From assembly GCA_019239975.1 (NCBI GenBank), contig JAFAZE010000175.1, positions 1-20,000 of the forward strand: a stretch of DNA of 20,000 bases, read 5' to 3'. Origin of the DNA: Streptosporangiaceae bacterium (GTDB taxonomy: Bacteria; Actinomycetota; Actinomycetes; Streptosporangiales; Streptosporangiaceae). The stretch's first letter is position 1. Each line of letters opens with the position of its first letter. Of this stretch, positions 1 to 8,622 are shown one piece after another. Made by a program: the position numbers and the translations under genes. The notes under the pieces were generated by a model. It saw nothing but the letters and a program-made list of their open reading frames with translations. It had not been told where the DNA came from and did no database searches.

Positions 1-1
1 C

Positions 2-493
2 GCGCGCCTGACGTTCGGCACGGCGCAGCGGCTGCACCGGATGGGGATGACGCCGGCGCCGGCCGCTGACCTGCGCTACGTGGTCTACCCGTGGGTGGTG
101 GACTGCGCGACGCTGCGCGCGGCGGGCTGGCGTCCCGCGTTCGGCAACGCCGAGGCGCTCACGATCCTGCTCGCCCAGCGCGCGGGCCGCCACGCGGTGG
201 CCGGCCGCCGGATAGCACGCAAGGAGGCGACGATCACCGCCGCCGGGGCCACGGTGGCGGTCATCGGGACAGCCGCCATCGTCCGCCGCGCTCGCCGCCG
301 CCGCCGCGAATTATTGAGAGAATTTTCCAAACGGAGGTGTGCTGCGCCCCGCACGCTCCGCCGCCGCATCCGCGATGCGCCGCGTCCCCAAGCCACGCGC
401 CGTACCCGTCCTCGCTGCCGCCCCGTCCCGCTGCCGTCCCGCCGCCGCCCCGCCCCTTCGCCCACGCCCTCGCGCGGTACCGTGGAGCGGTGA
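2..493 (+). CDS. 3' end of a gene truncated by the window edge. The C-terminal region resembles NAD-dependent epimerase/dehydratase (SDR-like) proteins. It is followed by a hydrophobic helix and an Arg/Pro-rich tail.
   Basis: The frame is open from the window edge to TGA at 491-493. The translation '...DLRYVVYPWVVDCATLRAAGWRPAFGNAEALTILL' looks like an epimerase/dehydratase C-terminus. It continues 'ITAAGATVAVIGTAAIV' (hydrophobic) and then 'RRARRRRR'. The stop overlaps the moaE GTG in a GTGA junction. The last ~60 codons are low-complexity and include an AT-rich patch, so the true C-terminus is uncertain. Confidence 0.45.
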   Translation, partial: ARLTFGTAQRLHRMGMTPAPAADLRYVVYPWVVDCATLRAAGWRPAFGNAEALTILLAQRAGRHAVAGRRIARKEATITAAGATVAVIGTAAIVRRARRRRRELLREFSKRRCAAPRTLRRRIRDAPRPQATRRTRPRCRPVPLPSRRRPAPSPTPSRGTVER

Positions 494-912
494 GTCCCAT
501 CAGGCTGATCGCGGTCCGCGATACCGAACTGTCCGTGGACGAAGTACGGGCGGCCGTCGCGGACCCGGCGGCGGGCGGGATCGCCCTGTTCCTCGGCGCG
601 GTGCGGGACAATGACGAGGACCGCGGCGTGACCGGTCTCGGCTACACCGCGCACCCCTCCGCGGAGGCGGAGATGCGCCGCGTCGCCGAGGATGTCGCGG
701 CCAAGTTCGCCGTCTTCGGCGTCGCCGCCGTGCACCGCGTGGGCGAGCTGGCCATCGGCGACCTGGCCGTCGTCGTCGGCGCGTCCTGCGGGCACCGGGC
801 GGAGGCGTTCGACGCGTGCCGGGCGCTGATCGACGAGCTGAAGGCGTCGGTGCCGATCTGGAAGCACCAGCGGTTCAGCGACGGTTCCGCCGAGTGGGTC
901 GGCAGCGCGTAA
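490..912 (+). CDS. moaE: Molybdopterin synthase catalytic subunit MoaE
   Basis: The translation from GTG at 490 reads 'VSPIRLIAVRDTELSVDEVRAAV...GGIALFLGAVRDN...VHRVGELAIGDLAVVVGASCGHRAEAFDACRALIDELKASVPIWKHQ'. It carries the MoaE hallmarks (F-x-G-x-VR, HR-x-G-x-L, HR-x-x-AF, PIWK). There is a 4-bp GTGA overlap with the upstream stop. The longer track ORF from 91 is Pro-rich shadow sequence. Confidence 0.85.
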   Translation: MSPIRLIAVRDTELSVDEVRAAVADPAAGGIALFLGAVRDNDEDRGVTGLGYTAHPSAEAEMRRVAEDVAAKFAVFGVAAVHRVGELAIGDLAVVVGASCGHRAEAFDACRALIDELKASVPIWKHQRFSDGSAEWVGSA

Positions 913-922
913 TCTTCCGAGC

Positions 923-1957
923 ATGTCCCGACGTTCCCTGACGCTGCTGATCGCGGGCGTCGCTACCGCGATCGCGATCGCCGTGAGCGTCCTGGTGCCC
1001 GTGCCCTACGTCATCCTGGGTCCCGGCCCGACGCTGAACACGCTGGGCACCGACTCCTCCGGCCAGCCGCTGATCACGATCCAGGGGCATCGGGTGTACC
1101 GGACCAGCGGGCACCTGAACATGGTGACCGTCAGCTACCAGGGTGGTCCCGGCAGCAACCTGAACATCTTCGCGGCGCTCCGGGCCTGGCTGAACTCCTC
1201 CGAGGCGGTCGTGCCGGAAGAGGAGCTGTTCCCGCCCGGCCAGAGCGCGCAGCAGACGCAGCAGCAGGACACCCAGCAGATGACGAGCTCACAGCAGACC
1301 GCCACGGCGGCCGCGCTGAGCGCGCTGCACATCCCCTACCAGACGCAGGTCGCGGTCGTGCTGACGGTCAAGGGGATGCCGGCCCATGGTGTCCTGATGG
1401 CGGGCGACGTGATCAAGTCGGTCGACGGGAAGCCGGTCACCAGCCAGCCGAGCCTGACCGCGCTGATCATGTCCCGGCCCGCCGGGTCGCGGCTCACTCT
1501 GGGAATCCTTCGCGGCGGCAAGCCGCGGCAGGTCGAGGTGACCACGAAACAGTCCGGCGGACACCCGGTCGTCGGCATCGAGGTCCAGGAGCAGTACGAC
1601 TTCCCGTTCACGGTGAAGTTCAGCGTGGGGGACATCGGGGGGCCGAGCGCTGGAATGATGTTCGCGCTTGGCATCATCGACAAGCTCACGCCGCTGAACC
1701 TGACCGGCGGAAACTTCATCGCGGGCACCGGCGAGATCACCGCGGGCGGGCAGGTGCAGCCGATCGGCGGGATCCAGCAGAAAATGGTCGGCGCGCGGGA
1801 CGCGGGCGCCACGGTCTTCCTGGCTCCCGCGGCCAACTGCGCGGACACCAAAGGGGCGGTCCCGGCGGGTCTTCGCGTGGTCAAGGTCAGTACGTTGTCG
1901 CAGGCCATGAACGACCTGGAGGCCATCAAGGCCGGCCAGCCGGTTCCGTCGTGCTGA
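923..1957 (+). CDS. Membrane-anchored PDZ domain / Lon-type (S16) serine protease, YlbL/SdrC-like
   Basis: ATG at 923, 11 nt after the moaE stop. There is an N-terminal TM helix ('LTLLIAGVATAIAIAVSVLV'). The central part is PDZ-like ('GDVIKSVDGKPVTSQPSLTALI'). The C-terminal Lon S16 motifs are 'GGPSAGMMFALGIIDKL' (catalytic Ser) and 'GGIQQKMVGARDAGATVFLAP' (catalytic Lys). Confidence 0.85.
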   Translation: MSRRSLTLLIAGVATAIAIAVSVLVPVPYVILGPGPTLNTLGTDSSGQPLITIQGHRVYRTSGHLNMVTVSYQGGPGSNLNIFAALRAWLNSSEAVVPEEELFPPGQSAQQTQQQDTQQMTSSQQTATAAALSALHIPYQTQVAVVLTVKGMPAHGVLMAGDVIKSVDGKPVTSQPSLTALIMSRPAGSRLTLGILRGGKPRQVEVTTKQSGGHPVVGIEVQEQYDFPFTVKFSVGDIGGPSAGMMFALGIIDKLTPLNLTGGNFIAGTGEITAGGQVQPIGGIQQKMVGARDAGATVFLAPAANCADTKGAVPAGLRVVKVSTLSQAMNDLEAIKAGQPVPSC

Positions 1958-2068
1958 CCGCGCCGGCCGGCCGCCGCCGTGCGCCGGGTGCCGCCGTGTT
2001 CCCGGCGATATCGGCTCGATGGTCGTTCGTAACCTGGTCAGGGCGTAGGCTTCCATGCTGATGGGTCT

Positions 2069-3241
2069 GTGAAGGGAGCACATGCGGTCGTGGCACTTCG
2101 GGTACTTGTCGACGCGACCGACGTGCCAGCCGACCGGGGCGCGCTGGGCCGGTACGTTGATGGTCTTGTCGGTGCGCTCGGCGCGGCCGGCGCGGATCTG
2201 GCGGTCGTCTGTCAGCGCGCCGACGAGGAACGATATGGCAGGCTGGCGCCGGGGGCGCGCATCGTCACCGGGCCGACGGCCATCGCGCACCGGTCCGCGC
2301 GGCTGGCCTGGGAGCAGAGCGGCCTGCCGGTAGTCGCTCAGCAGGTGAACGCGGACGTCATCCACGTCCCGTACTACTCCATGCCGCTGCGCCCGGGCAG
2401 GCCGACGGTCGTGACGGTGCACGACGTCACGTTCTTCACCGATCCGGAGCTGCACACCGCGGTCAGCGCGATGTTCTTCAAGTCGGCGATCCGGACGGCG
2501 GCGCGCCGCGCGGCGCGGCTGCTGGTCCCGTCGAAGGCGACCCGCGACGAGCTGGTCCGCGTCCTCGGCGCCGACCCGACGCGGGTCGACGTCGCCTACC
2601 ACGGCGTGGACCACCGGCTGTTCCACCGGCCCGACCAGCGGCAGGTCGCGCAGGTGTCCGAGCGGCTCGGCCTGCACGGCAAGCCGTACATCGCGTTCCT
2701 CGGCTCGCTGGAGCCGCGCAAGAACGTGGCCGCCCTGATCCAGGGCTGGGCTGGCGCGGTCGCCGACATCGCCGACCCGCCGGCGCTGGTTCTCGGCGGT
2801 GGCGGGGGCTGGAGCGAGGAGGTGGACGCCGCCGTCGCCGCGGTGCCGCCGCACCTGCGCCTGTGCCGCCCGGGCTACCTCCCGTTCTCCGAGCTGCCCG
2901 GCTTCCTTGGCGGCGCGCTCGTGGTGGCGGTGCCGAGCCGCGGCGAGGGTTTCGGCCTGCCGGTGCTGGAGGCGATGGCGTGCGGCGTGCCCGTGCTGAC
3001 CGCGCACAACACATCGCTGCCCGAAGTGGGCGGCGAGGCGGTCGCGTACACCGAGCCCGACGCCGAGAGCATCCGGGTCAGCCTGCGCGCGCTGCTCGAC
3101 GACCCCGAGCGGCGGGCGGCGCTGGGCATGGCCGGTCACGCCAGGGCCCAGGAGTTCACCTGGGCGGCGTCGGCCGAGGCGCATCTCGCCTGCTACCAGC
3201 GCGCGGCGGATCAGCACACCGCGGACTCACGCGCCGGATAA
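2069..3241 (+). CDS. Glycosyltransferase family 4 (GT-B, RfaB/PimB-like mannosyl/glycosyl transferase)
   Basis: The 390-aa ORF has high GC3. The N-terminal half reads 'VLVDATDV...GRYVDGLVGAL'. The C-terminal GT1/GT4 signature is 'VAVPSRGEGFGLPVLEAMACGVPVLTAHNTSLPEVGG' (E-x7-E type motif). The start could be GTG 2069 or GTG 2090, which lies 11 nt after a GGGAG. Confidence 0.8.
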   Translation: MKGAHAVVALRVLVDATDVPADRGALGRYVDGLVGALGAAGADLAVVCQRADEERYGRLAPGARIVTGPTAIAHRSARLAWEQSGLPVVAQQVNADVIHVPYYSMPLRPGRPTVVTVHDVTFFTDPELHTAVSAMFFKSAIRTAARRAARLLVPSKATRDELVRVLGADPTRVDVAYHGVDHRLFHRPDQRQVAQVSERLGLHGKPYIAFLGSLEPRKNVAALIQGWAGAVADIADPPALVLGGGGGWSEEVDAAVAAVPPHLRLCRPGYLPFSELPGFLGGALVVAVPSRGEGFGLPVLEAMACGVPVLTAHNTSLPEVGGEAVAYTEPDAESIRVSLRALLDDPERRAALGMAGHARAQEFTWAASAEAHLACYQRAADQHTADSRAG

Positions 3242-3373
3242 CGTGGCGGCTGCATCTGGAGCATGTGCCGGCCGCGCACCCGGCCGCGGTGAGTATGCTG
3301 CGTGCACCGCCGGGGTTGCCGTCCGGGCGCCTGGCGGCCGTCCATGAAGTCAACCGCTAAGGCGATAGAACCT

Positions 3374-4459
3374 ATGCCGCGTGAACCGCTTGAGGCGATC
3401 ATGCTCGTCGGGGGCCAGGGCACCCGCCTGCGGCCGCTGACGCTCTCCGCGCCGAAGCCGCTGCTGCCGACCGCTGGCGTCCCGTTCCTCTCTCACCAGC
3501 TCGCCAGGGCCGCCGAGTGCGGCATCACACACGTCGTGCTGGCGACGGCCTACCGGGCTGACATGTTCACCGAGTGCTTCGGTGACGGCGCGGAATTCGG
3601 CCTGTCCATCGACTACATGTATGAGTCCACGCCGCTCGGCACCGGCGGCGGGATCCGCAACGCGGCGTCGCGGCTGCGCGGCGGCCCGGACGATCCCATC
3701 GTGGTGCTCAACGGCGACATCCTCTCCGGCCATGACCTGCCCGCCCAGGTGGACGTGCACCGCAAGGCGGACGCCGCGGTCACGCTGCACCTGGTGGAGG
3801 TCGACGACCCGGCGCGCTACGGCTGCGTCCCCACCGGCCCCAGCGGCCGGGTGACGGCCTTCCTGGAGAAGACGCCGAACCCGGTCACCAACAGGATCAA
3901 CGCCGGCTGCTACGTGTTCCGGCGCAGCGTCATCGACCGGATACCGGACGGCCGGGCGGTCTCGGTGGAGCGGGAGACGTTCCCGTCGCTGATCGCCGCC
4001 GGCGCGGTCGTCATGGGCTACGCCGAGTCCGCGTACTGGCTGGACGTGGGCACGCCGGAGGCGTTCGTCCGCGGTTCCTGCGACCTGGTGCTCGGCCGGA
4101 TGCCGTCACCCGCGGTGCCCGGTGAGTGCGGCGACGCGCTGCTGCTCGACGGCGCGTCGGTCGCGCCGGGCGCCTCGGTTTCCGGCGGGACGGTCGCCGG
4201 CCCGGGCTCGGTGGTCGGCGAGGGCGCGGTCGTCGACGGGAGCGTGCTGTTCGAAGCGGCGACGATCGAGGCCGGTGCCGTCGTCCGGGGCAGCATCATC
4301 GGCCGCGGCGCGGCCGTCGGCGCCGGCGCGGCGCTAGACGGAGCGGTGATCGGCGACGGCGCGTTCATCGGGCCGGGCAACGAGCTGACCAAGGGCATCC
4401 GCATCTGGCCGGGCGTCCGCCTGGCCCCCACGTCAATCCGCTTCTCCTCCGACATCTAA
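3374..4459 (+). CDS. NDP-sugar pyrophosphorylase: mannose-1-phosphate guanylyltransferase-like nucleotidyltransferase with a C-terminal left-handed beta-helix
   Basis: 'LVGGQGTRLRPLTLSAPKPLLP' is the G-x-G-T-R-x-x-P-x-T nucleotidyltransferase signature. 'LGTGGGIRN', 'VLNGDIL' and 'YWLDVGTPEAF' are also present. The C-terminus is hexapeptide-repeat-like ('GAVVDGSVLFEAATIEAGAVVRGSIIGRGAAVGAGAALDGAVIGDG'). It closely resembles the actinobacterial GDP-mannose pyrophosphorylase group (M. tuberculosis Rv3264c type). The start is ambiguous: ATG 3374 is preferred, with alternatives ATG 3344, ATG 3401 (GAGG 5 nt upstream) and GTG 3302. Confidence 0.85.
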   Translation: MPREPLEAIMLVGGQGTRLRPLTLSAPKPLLPTAGVPFLSHQLARAAECGITHVVLATAYRADMFTECFGDGAEFGLSIDYMYESTPLGTGGGIRNAASRLRGGPDDPIVVLNGDILSGHDLPAQVDVHRKADAAVTLHLVEVDDPARYGCVPTGPSGRVTAFLEKTPNPVTNRINAGCYVFRRSVIDRIPDGRAVSVERETFPSLIAAGAVVMGYAESAYWLDVGTPEAFVRGSCDLVLGRMPSPAVPGECGDALLLDGASVAPGASVSGGTVAGPGSVVGEGAVVDGSVLFEAATIEAGAVVRGSIIGRGAAVGAGAALDGAVIGDGAFIGPGNELTKGIRIWPGVRLAPTSIRFSSDI

Positions 4460-4521
4460 CCCCTTCCCCCCCCGGCTTCGCCGGCGCCCCCAGCCAACCA
4501 CAACCGCCAACCACAACCGCA

Positions 4522-4567
4522 ACGTTGGAAATCTGAGCCGGTTATAACCGGCTCAGATTTCCAACGT
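4522..4567 (+). terminator. Perfect 46-bp palindrome (23-bp arms). Probable intrinsic terminator downstream of the nucleotidyltransferase gene; an operator role is not excluded.
   Basis: ACGTTGGAAATCTGAGCCGGTTA|TAACCGGCTCAGATTTCCAACGT, checked base by base, has no mismatch. It is noticeably AT-richer than its surroundings. It lies 63 nt after the stop at 4459 and 120 nt before the next start. No U-tract follows it. Confidence 0.5.
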
Positions 4568-4687
4568 GCCCCATACAACATGACCCGCAAGGCCCCTGAA
4601 GTGTGACTCCCCGCGGTCGGCCCGCCGGCGTGTCACGCCAGCGATTTCCCGCCGGGCACGCGCCGGGCGTGAGATCGTGGTGCGACC

Positions 4688-5668
4688 ATGGCCGACCCAC
4701 CAGCAGTCCGGGAATGGCGGGCGCCTTTTCCCGTCGACGTGCGCCTCACCCTGGGCGCGCATGGGCGGGGCAGAGCCGACCCGACCTTCCGCGTCGACGA
4801 GGCGGCCGCGGTCTGGCGGACGTCGCTCACCCCCGACGGCCCGGCAACACTGCGGGTGATCGCGGTTCCGGACGGCCCGCGCAGCGCGCCCGGCGACACC
4901 GCGCCGCCCGGCGACACCGCGCCGCCCGGGGGCACGCTGGTCACGGCGCGGGCCTGGGGCCCGGGCGCGGGCTGGCTGCTCGGCACGCTCCCGGCCCAGC
5001 TCGGCGCGTCCGACGACCTCTCCGGCTTCGACCCCGGCACGCACCCCGTGCTCCGCGAGCTGTACAGGAGGCATGCCGGGCTGCGGATGAGCCGCAGCGG
5101 CCGGGTTCTCGAGGCGCTGGTTCCCGCGATACTCGAGCAGAAGGTCGTCGGCGCCGAGGCGCACCGCGCGTGGCGTACCCTGCTCGCCCGGTTCGGCACG
5201 GCGCCTCCCGGCCCGGCCCCCGCGGGCATGCGCGTGTTCCCGCCGCCGCGCGCCTGGCTGCGCATCCCGTCGTGGGACTGGCACCGGGCCGGTGTGGAGG
5301 GCGTCCGCGCCCAGACGATCATGGCGGTCGCGCGGGTGGCGCCCAGCCTGGAGCGGGTACTCGCGGAAAGCGCCGCCGAAGCCGATCGCATGCTGCGGTC
5401 CGTCCCGGGCATCGGCCCGTGGACCTCGGCCGAGACGCGGCAGCGCGCCGCGGGCGACCCGGACGCCGTCTCGGTCGGCGACTACAACCTGCCGAAGGCG
5501 GTGGGCTGGGCGCTGGCAGGCCGGGTCACCGACGACGCGGGCATGCTGGAGCTGCTGGCGCCCTACGCGGGCCACCGGCACCGGGTGACGCGGCTGGTCG
5601 AGCTGAGCGGCCTGCGCCCGCCGCGCCGCGGCCCCCGTCTCGCCGCCCGCGACTACCGCGCCTTCTGA
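4688..5668 (+). CDS. DNA-3-methyladenine glycosylase II family (AlkA-like, HhH-GPD superfamily)
   Basis: The N-terminal AlkA-like fold region reads 'WRAPFPVDVRLTLGAHGRGRADPTFRV'. The HhH-GPD core reads 'VLEALVPAILEQKVVGAEAHRAWRTLLARFG' ... 'LRSVPGIGPWTSAETRQRAAGDPDAVSVGDYNL' (HhH 'PGIGPWT' plus the catalytic-Asp region). It contains an in-frame perfect 18-bp tandem duplication at 4891-4926 (PGDTAP x2). Confidence 0.8.
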   Translation: MADPPAVREWRAPFPVDVRLTLGAHGRGRADPTFRVDEAAAVWRTSLTPDGPATLRVIAVPDGPRSAPGDTAPPGDTAPPGGTLVTARAWGPGAGWLLGTLPAQLGASDDLSGFDPGTHPVLRELYRRHAGLRMSRSGRVLEALVPAILEQKVVGAEAHRAWRTLLARFGTAPPGPAPAGMRVFPPPRAWLRIPSWDWHRAGVEGVRAQTIMAVARVAPSLERVLAESAAEADRMLRSVPGIGPWTSAETRQRAAGDPDAVSVGDYNLPKAVGWALAGRVTDDAGMLELLAPYAGHRHRVTRLVELSGLRPPRRGPRLAARDYRAF

Positions 5669-5682
5669 GCACTCCGCTCGCC

Positions 5683-5751
5683 GAGGGCCAGCCCCGGAGA
5701 CCCCCGGGGCCAGTTCCCGGAGATCCCCGGGGCCAGCTCCCGGTGACCCCC
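5683..5751. repeat. 3 x 23-bp tandem direct repeat in the alkA-like/fbiC intergenic region
   Basis: The copies are GAGGGCCAGCCCCGGAGACCCCC / GGGGCCAGTTCCCGGAGATCCCC / GGGGCCAGCTCCCGGTGACCCCC at 5683-5705, 5706-5728 and 5729-5751. The unit junctions create CCCCGGGG palindromes. The array ends 48 nt before the fbiC ATG. Confidence 0.85.
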
Positions 5752-5798
5752 GTGCCCCGCCCGGAGGGCCGCCGGTCTTTGCCGCGTAAGGTTCGGTT

Positions 5799-8615
5799 AT
5801 GAGCGTTTCCCGCGACGACCGGAGTGATGTGACCGAAGCCGCGATGCGGCGGGCGCTGGCCCGCGCCCGGGACGGCAAGCCGCTCGACCCGGGGGAGGCC
5901 ACGACCCTCCTGCACGCCCGTGGCGCGGATCTGGAAAGGCTTCTCGGCTACGCGGGCCGCACCCGTGACGCGGGCCTGGAGGCGGCGGGAAGACCGGGTG
6001 TCATCACCTACTCGCGGAAGGTGTTCATCCCGCTGACCCGGCTGTGCCGGGACCGGTGCGGTTACTGCACGTTCGCGACCGTGCCGGGGCGTCTCGAGCA
6101 CGCCTTCCTCGCCCCCGGCGAGGTTCTGGACATCGCGCGCGAGGGCGCCAGGCTGGGCTGCAAGGAGGCGCTTTTCACGCTCGGCGACCGCCCGGAGGCC
6201 CGCTGGAGCCAGGCGCGGGAGTGGCTGGACGCGCACGGCTACGACGACACGCTGTCCTACGTGCGGGCGATGGCCATCCGGGTGCTGGAGGAGACCGGCC
6301 TGCTTCCGCACCTGAATCCCGGCGTGCTGAGCTGGCAGGATTTTCAGCGCCTCAAGCCGGTCGCCCCGTCGATGGGCATGATGCTGGAGACGACGGCCAG
6401 CAGGCTGTTCACCGAGAAGGGCGCCCCGCACTACGGCAGCCCGGACAAGGACCCGGAAGTCAGGCTCCGCGTCCTCGAGGACGCCGGCCGGTGCGGCGTT
6501 CCGTTCACCACCGGCATCCTGATCGGCATCGGCGAGACGCTGGCCGAGCGGGCCGACTCGATCTTCGCGATCCGCAAGGTCGCCCGCGAGTACCAGGGCA
6601 TCCAGGAAGTCATCGTGCAGAACTTCCGTGCCAAGCCGGACACGAAGATGATGCACGTCCCCGACGCGGAACTGGCCGACCTGGCCGCGACCATCGCGGT
6701 GACCAGGCTCGTGCTCGGCCCGAAAGCGCGCGTCCAGGCCCCGCCGAATCTCGTCGGCGAGCAGTACGGGCTGATCCTGGCCGCCGGCATCGACGACTGG
6801 GGCGGCGTCTCGCCGCTCACCCCCGATCACGTCAACCCGGAGCGGCCCTGGCCGGAGATCGAGGAGCTGGCGCGGCGCACCGCGGCGTCCGGCTTCACGC
6901 TGCGCGAGCGGCTCACGATCTACCCGCCGTACATCCGGGAGCCGTGGCTGGACCCGAGGCTCGCCAGGCACGTCGCCGCGCTGGCCGACCCGGCGACCGG
7001 CCTCGCCGCGCAGACCGCCGTGCCGCGCGGCATCCCGTGGCAGGAGCCCGACGGCGGCTGGGGCGACGCATCCGGCCGCACCGACCTGCACGTCACGATC
7101 GACACCATCGGCCGCACCCATGACCGCAGGGAGGATTTCGCCGAGGTCTACGGCTCCTGGGATGAGATAGCCGAACGGATCGTGGCCTCCCCCCACGCCG
7201 CTCCTCCGCCTCCCGATGGTGCTGCGTCCCCCTACGCCGCCTCTCCGCCCCCCGGGGGTGCTGCGTCCCCCCATGCCGCTCCTCCGCCCCCGGAGGGTGC
7301 CGCGTCCCCCACCGACGCTTCGTCCCCTTACCTCGCACCGTCCCCCAGCCCCCCTCTTAACGCCACCACGCCTAATAGCGCCACATCAGTCACAGAAGAC
7401 TCTTCCACCACTCCAGCCCCTCAAGCCCCCGCCGTCGCGCGACCGGGCGAGGTGGCCGCCGCCCTCCGGCAGGCCGAACGCGGCCCGGCCGCACTCACCG
7501 ACGGCCAGGCGATCGCCCTGCTCGGCGCCGACGGCCCGGATCTGGAGGCGCTCGCCGGCATCGCCGACGCGCTGCGCCGTGAGGTCGTGGGGGACGACGT
7601 GACCTACGTCGTGACCCGCAACATCAACTTCACGAACGTCTGCTACACGGGCTGCCGGTTCTGCGCGTTCGCGCAGCGCCGCACCGACGCCGACGCGTAC
7701 ACGCTGTCGCTCGGGCAGATCGGCGACCGCGCCGAGGAGGCCTGGCAGGCGGGCGCGACGGAGGTGTGCATGCAGGGCGGCATCCACCCCGACCTGCCCG
7801 GCACCGCGTACTTCGAGATCGCGGCCGAAGTCAGGCGCCGCTGCCCGGACCTGCATGTGCACGCGTTCTCCCCGATGGAGGTCGTGAACGGCGCCTCCCG
7901 CACCGGGCTGCCCATCCGGGAGTGGCTGGTCCGCGCCCGCGAGGCGGGCGTCGGCTCGCTGCCCGGCACCGCGGCGGAGATACTCGACGACGACGTCCGC
8001 TGGGTGCTGACCAAGGGGAAGCTGCCGGCCGCGGTGTGGACCGAGGTGGTTACGACCGCGCACGAGCTCGGCATCCCGACGTCCGCGACGATGATGTACG
8101 GCCACGTCGACACGCCCGCGCACTGGGTGGGGCACCTGCGGGTGATCAGGCGCATCCAGGAGCGCACCGGCGGGTTCACCGAGTTCGTGCTGCTCCCGTT
8201 CATCCACGAGAACGCGCCGATCTACCTGGCGGGCCTCGCCCGCCCCGGCGCGACCCGCCGGGAGAACCGGGCGGTGCACGCCGTGTCCCGGCTGCTCCTG
8301 CACGGCGCGATCGGCTCGATCCAGTGCTCCTGGGTGAAGCTCGGCGACGAGCTGTGCCGTGACGTGCTCCGCGGCGGCGCGAACGACCTGGGCGGCACCC
8401 TGATGGAGGAGACCATCAGCAGAATGGCGGGCGCCGGCAACGGCTCCTACAGAACGATCAGCGAGCTGAAGGCGATCGTCGACCCCACCGGCCGCCCGAT
8501 GCGCCAGCGCACCACCCTCTACGCCGACCCGTCCCCCGAACGCCAGGCCGCCGCCCAGGCCAGCGACGGCGTCTGCGCCTCCGTCCGCACCCGCCTCCCC
8601 CTCATCGCCAGCTAG
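5799..8615 (+). CDS. fbiC: FO synthase FbiC (fused CofG + CofH radical-SAM domains; 7,8-didemethyl-8-hydroxy-5-deazariboflavin synthase)
   Basis: The 938-aa ORF carries two radical-SAM CxxxCxxC motifs. '[12 protein letters not shown]' (about 6042-6070) marks the CofG half and '[12 protein letters not shown]' (about 7639-7668) marks the CofH half. Conserved blocks include 'GILIGIGET', '[10 protein letters not shown]', '[13 protein letters not shown]', '[12 protein letters not shown]' and '[11 protein letters not shown]'. The two halves are joined by a Pro/Ala/Ser-rich repeat linker. Confidence 0.95.
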   Translation: MSVSRDDRSDVTEAAMRRALARARDGKPLDPGEATTLLHARGADLERLLGYAGRTRDAGLEAAGRPGVITYSRKVFIPLTRLCRDRCGYCTFATVPGRLEHAFLAPGEVLDIAREGARLGCKEALFTLGDRPEARWSQAREWLDAHGYDDTLSYVRAMAIRVLEETGLLPHLNPGVLSWQDFQRLKPVAPSMGMMLETTASRLFTEKGAPHYGSPDKDPEVRLRVLEDAGRCGVPFTTGILIGIGETLAERADSIFAIRKVAREYQGIQEVIVQNFRAKPDTKMMHVPDAELADLAATIAVTRLVLGPKARVQAPPNLVGEQYGLILAAGIDDWGGVSPLTPDHVNPERPWPEIEELARRTAASGFTLRERLTIYPPYIREPWLDPRLARHVAALADPATGLAAQTAVPRGIPWQEPDGGWGDASGRTDLHVTIDTIGRTHDRREDFAEVYGSWDEIAERIVASPHAAPPPPDGAASPYAASPPPGGAASPHAAPPPPEGAASPTDASSPYLAPSPSPPLNATTPNSATSVTEDSSTTPAPQAPAVARPGEVAAALRQAERGPAALTDGQAIALLGADGPDLEALAGIADALRREVVGDDVTYVVTRNINFTNVCYTGCRFCAFAQRRTDADAYTLSLGQIGDRAEEAWQAGATEVCMQGGIHPDLPGTAYFEIAAEVRRRCPDLHVHAFSPMEVVNGASRTGLPIREWLVRAREAGVGSLPGTAAEILDDDVRWVLTKGKLPAAVWTEVVTTAHELGIPTSATMMYGHVDTPAHWVGHLRVIRRIQERTGGFTEFVLLPFIHENAPIYLAGLARPGATRRENRAVHAVSRLLLHGAIGSIQCSWVKLGDELCRDVLRGGANDLGGTLMEETISRMAGAGNGSYRTISELKAIVDPTGRPMRQRTTLYADPSPERQAAAQASDGVCASVRTRLPLIAS
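7188..7304 (+). repeat. 3 x 39-bp in-frame tandem repeat (13-aa units) in the FbiC interdomain linker
   Basis: The units are [13 protein letters not shown] / [13 protein letters not shown] / [13 protein letters not shown], encoded at 7188-7226, 7227-7265 and 7266-7304. A degenerate fourth unit runs to about 7340. An S/T/P-rich stretch to about 7440 follows, using many A/T-ending codons. Confidence 0.85.
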
Positions 8616-8622
8616 CCAGCGA

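Noticed and set aside
339-614. A 91-aa ORF starting right after the SD-like GGAGG at 333-337
   Set aside because: The spacing from GGAGG to the GTG is only 1 nt. The translation is R/P/A low-complexity, and the ORF overlaps the well-supported moaE frame.
1289-3217. A 642-aa minus-strand ORF, plus other long ORFs at 1336..1929(-) and 2478..3014(-), overlapping the PDZ/Lon and GT4 genes
   Set aside because: These are antisense shadow ORFs typical of GC-rich DNA. Their translations are Arg/Pro/Gly/Ala low-complexity with no recognisable motifs. The opposite strand encodes clearly recognisable proteins with proper GC3 bias.
4553-5902. A 449-aa minus-strand ORF and a 399-aa plus-strand ORF (4603..5802) overlapping the AlkA-like gene
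   Set aside because: Both are Arg/Pro-rich shadow frames. Only the 4688..5668 frame yields a HhH-GPD glycosylase sequence.
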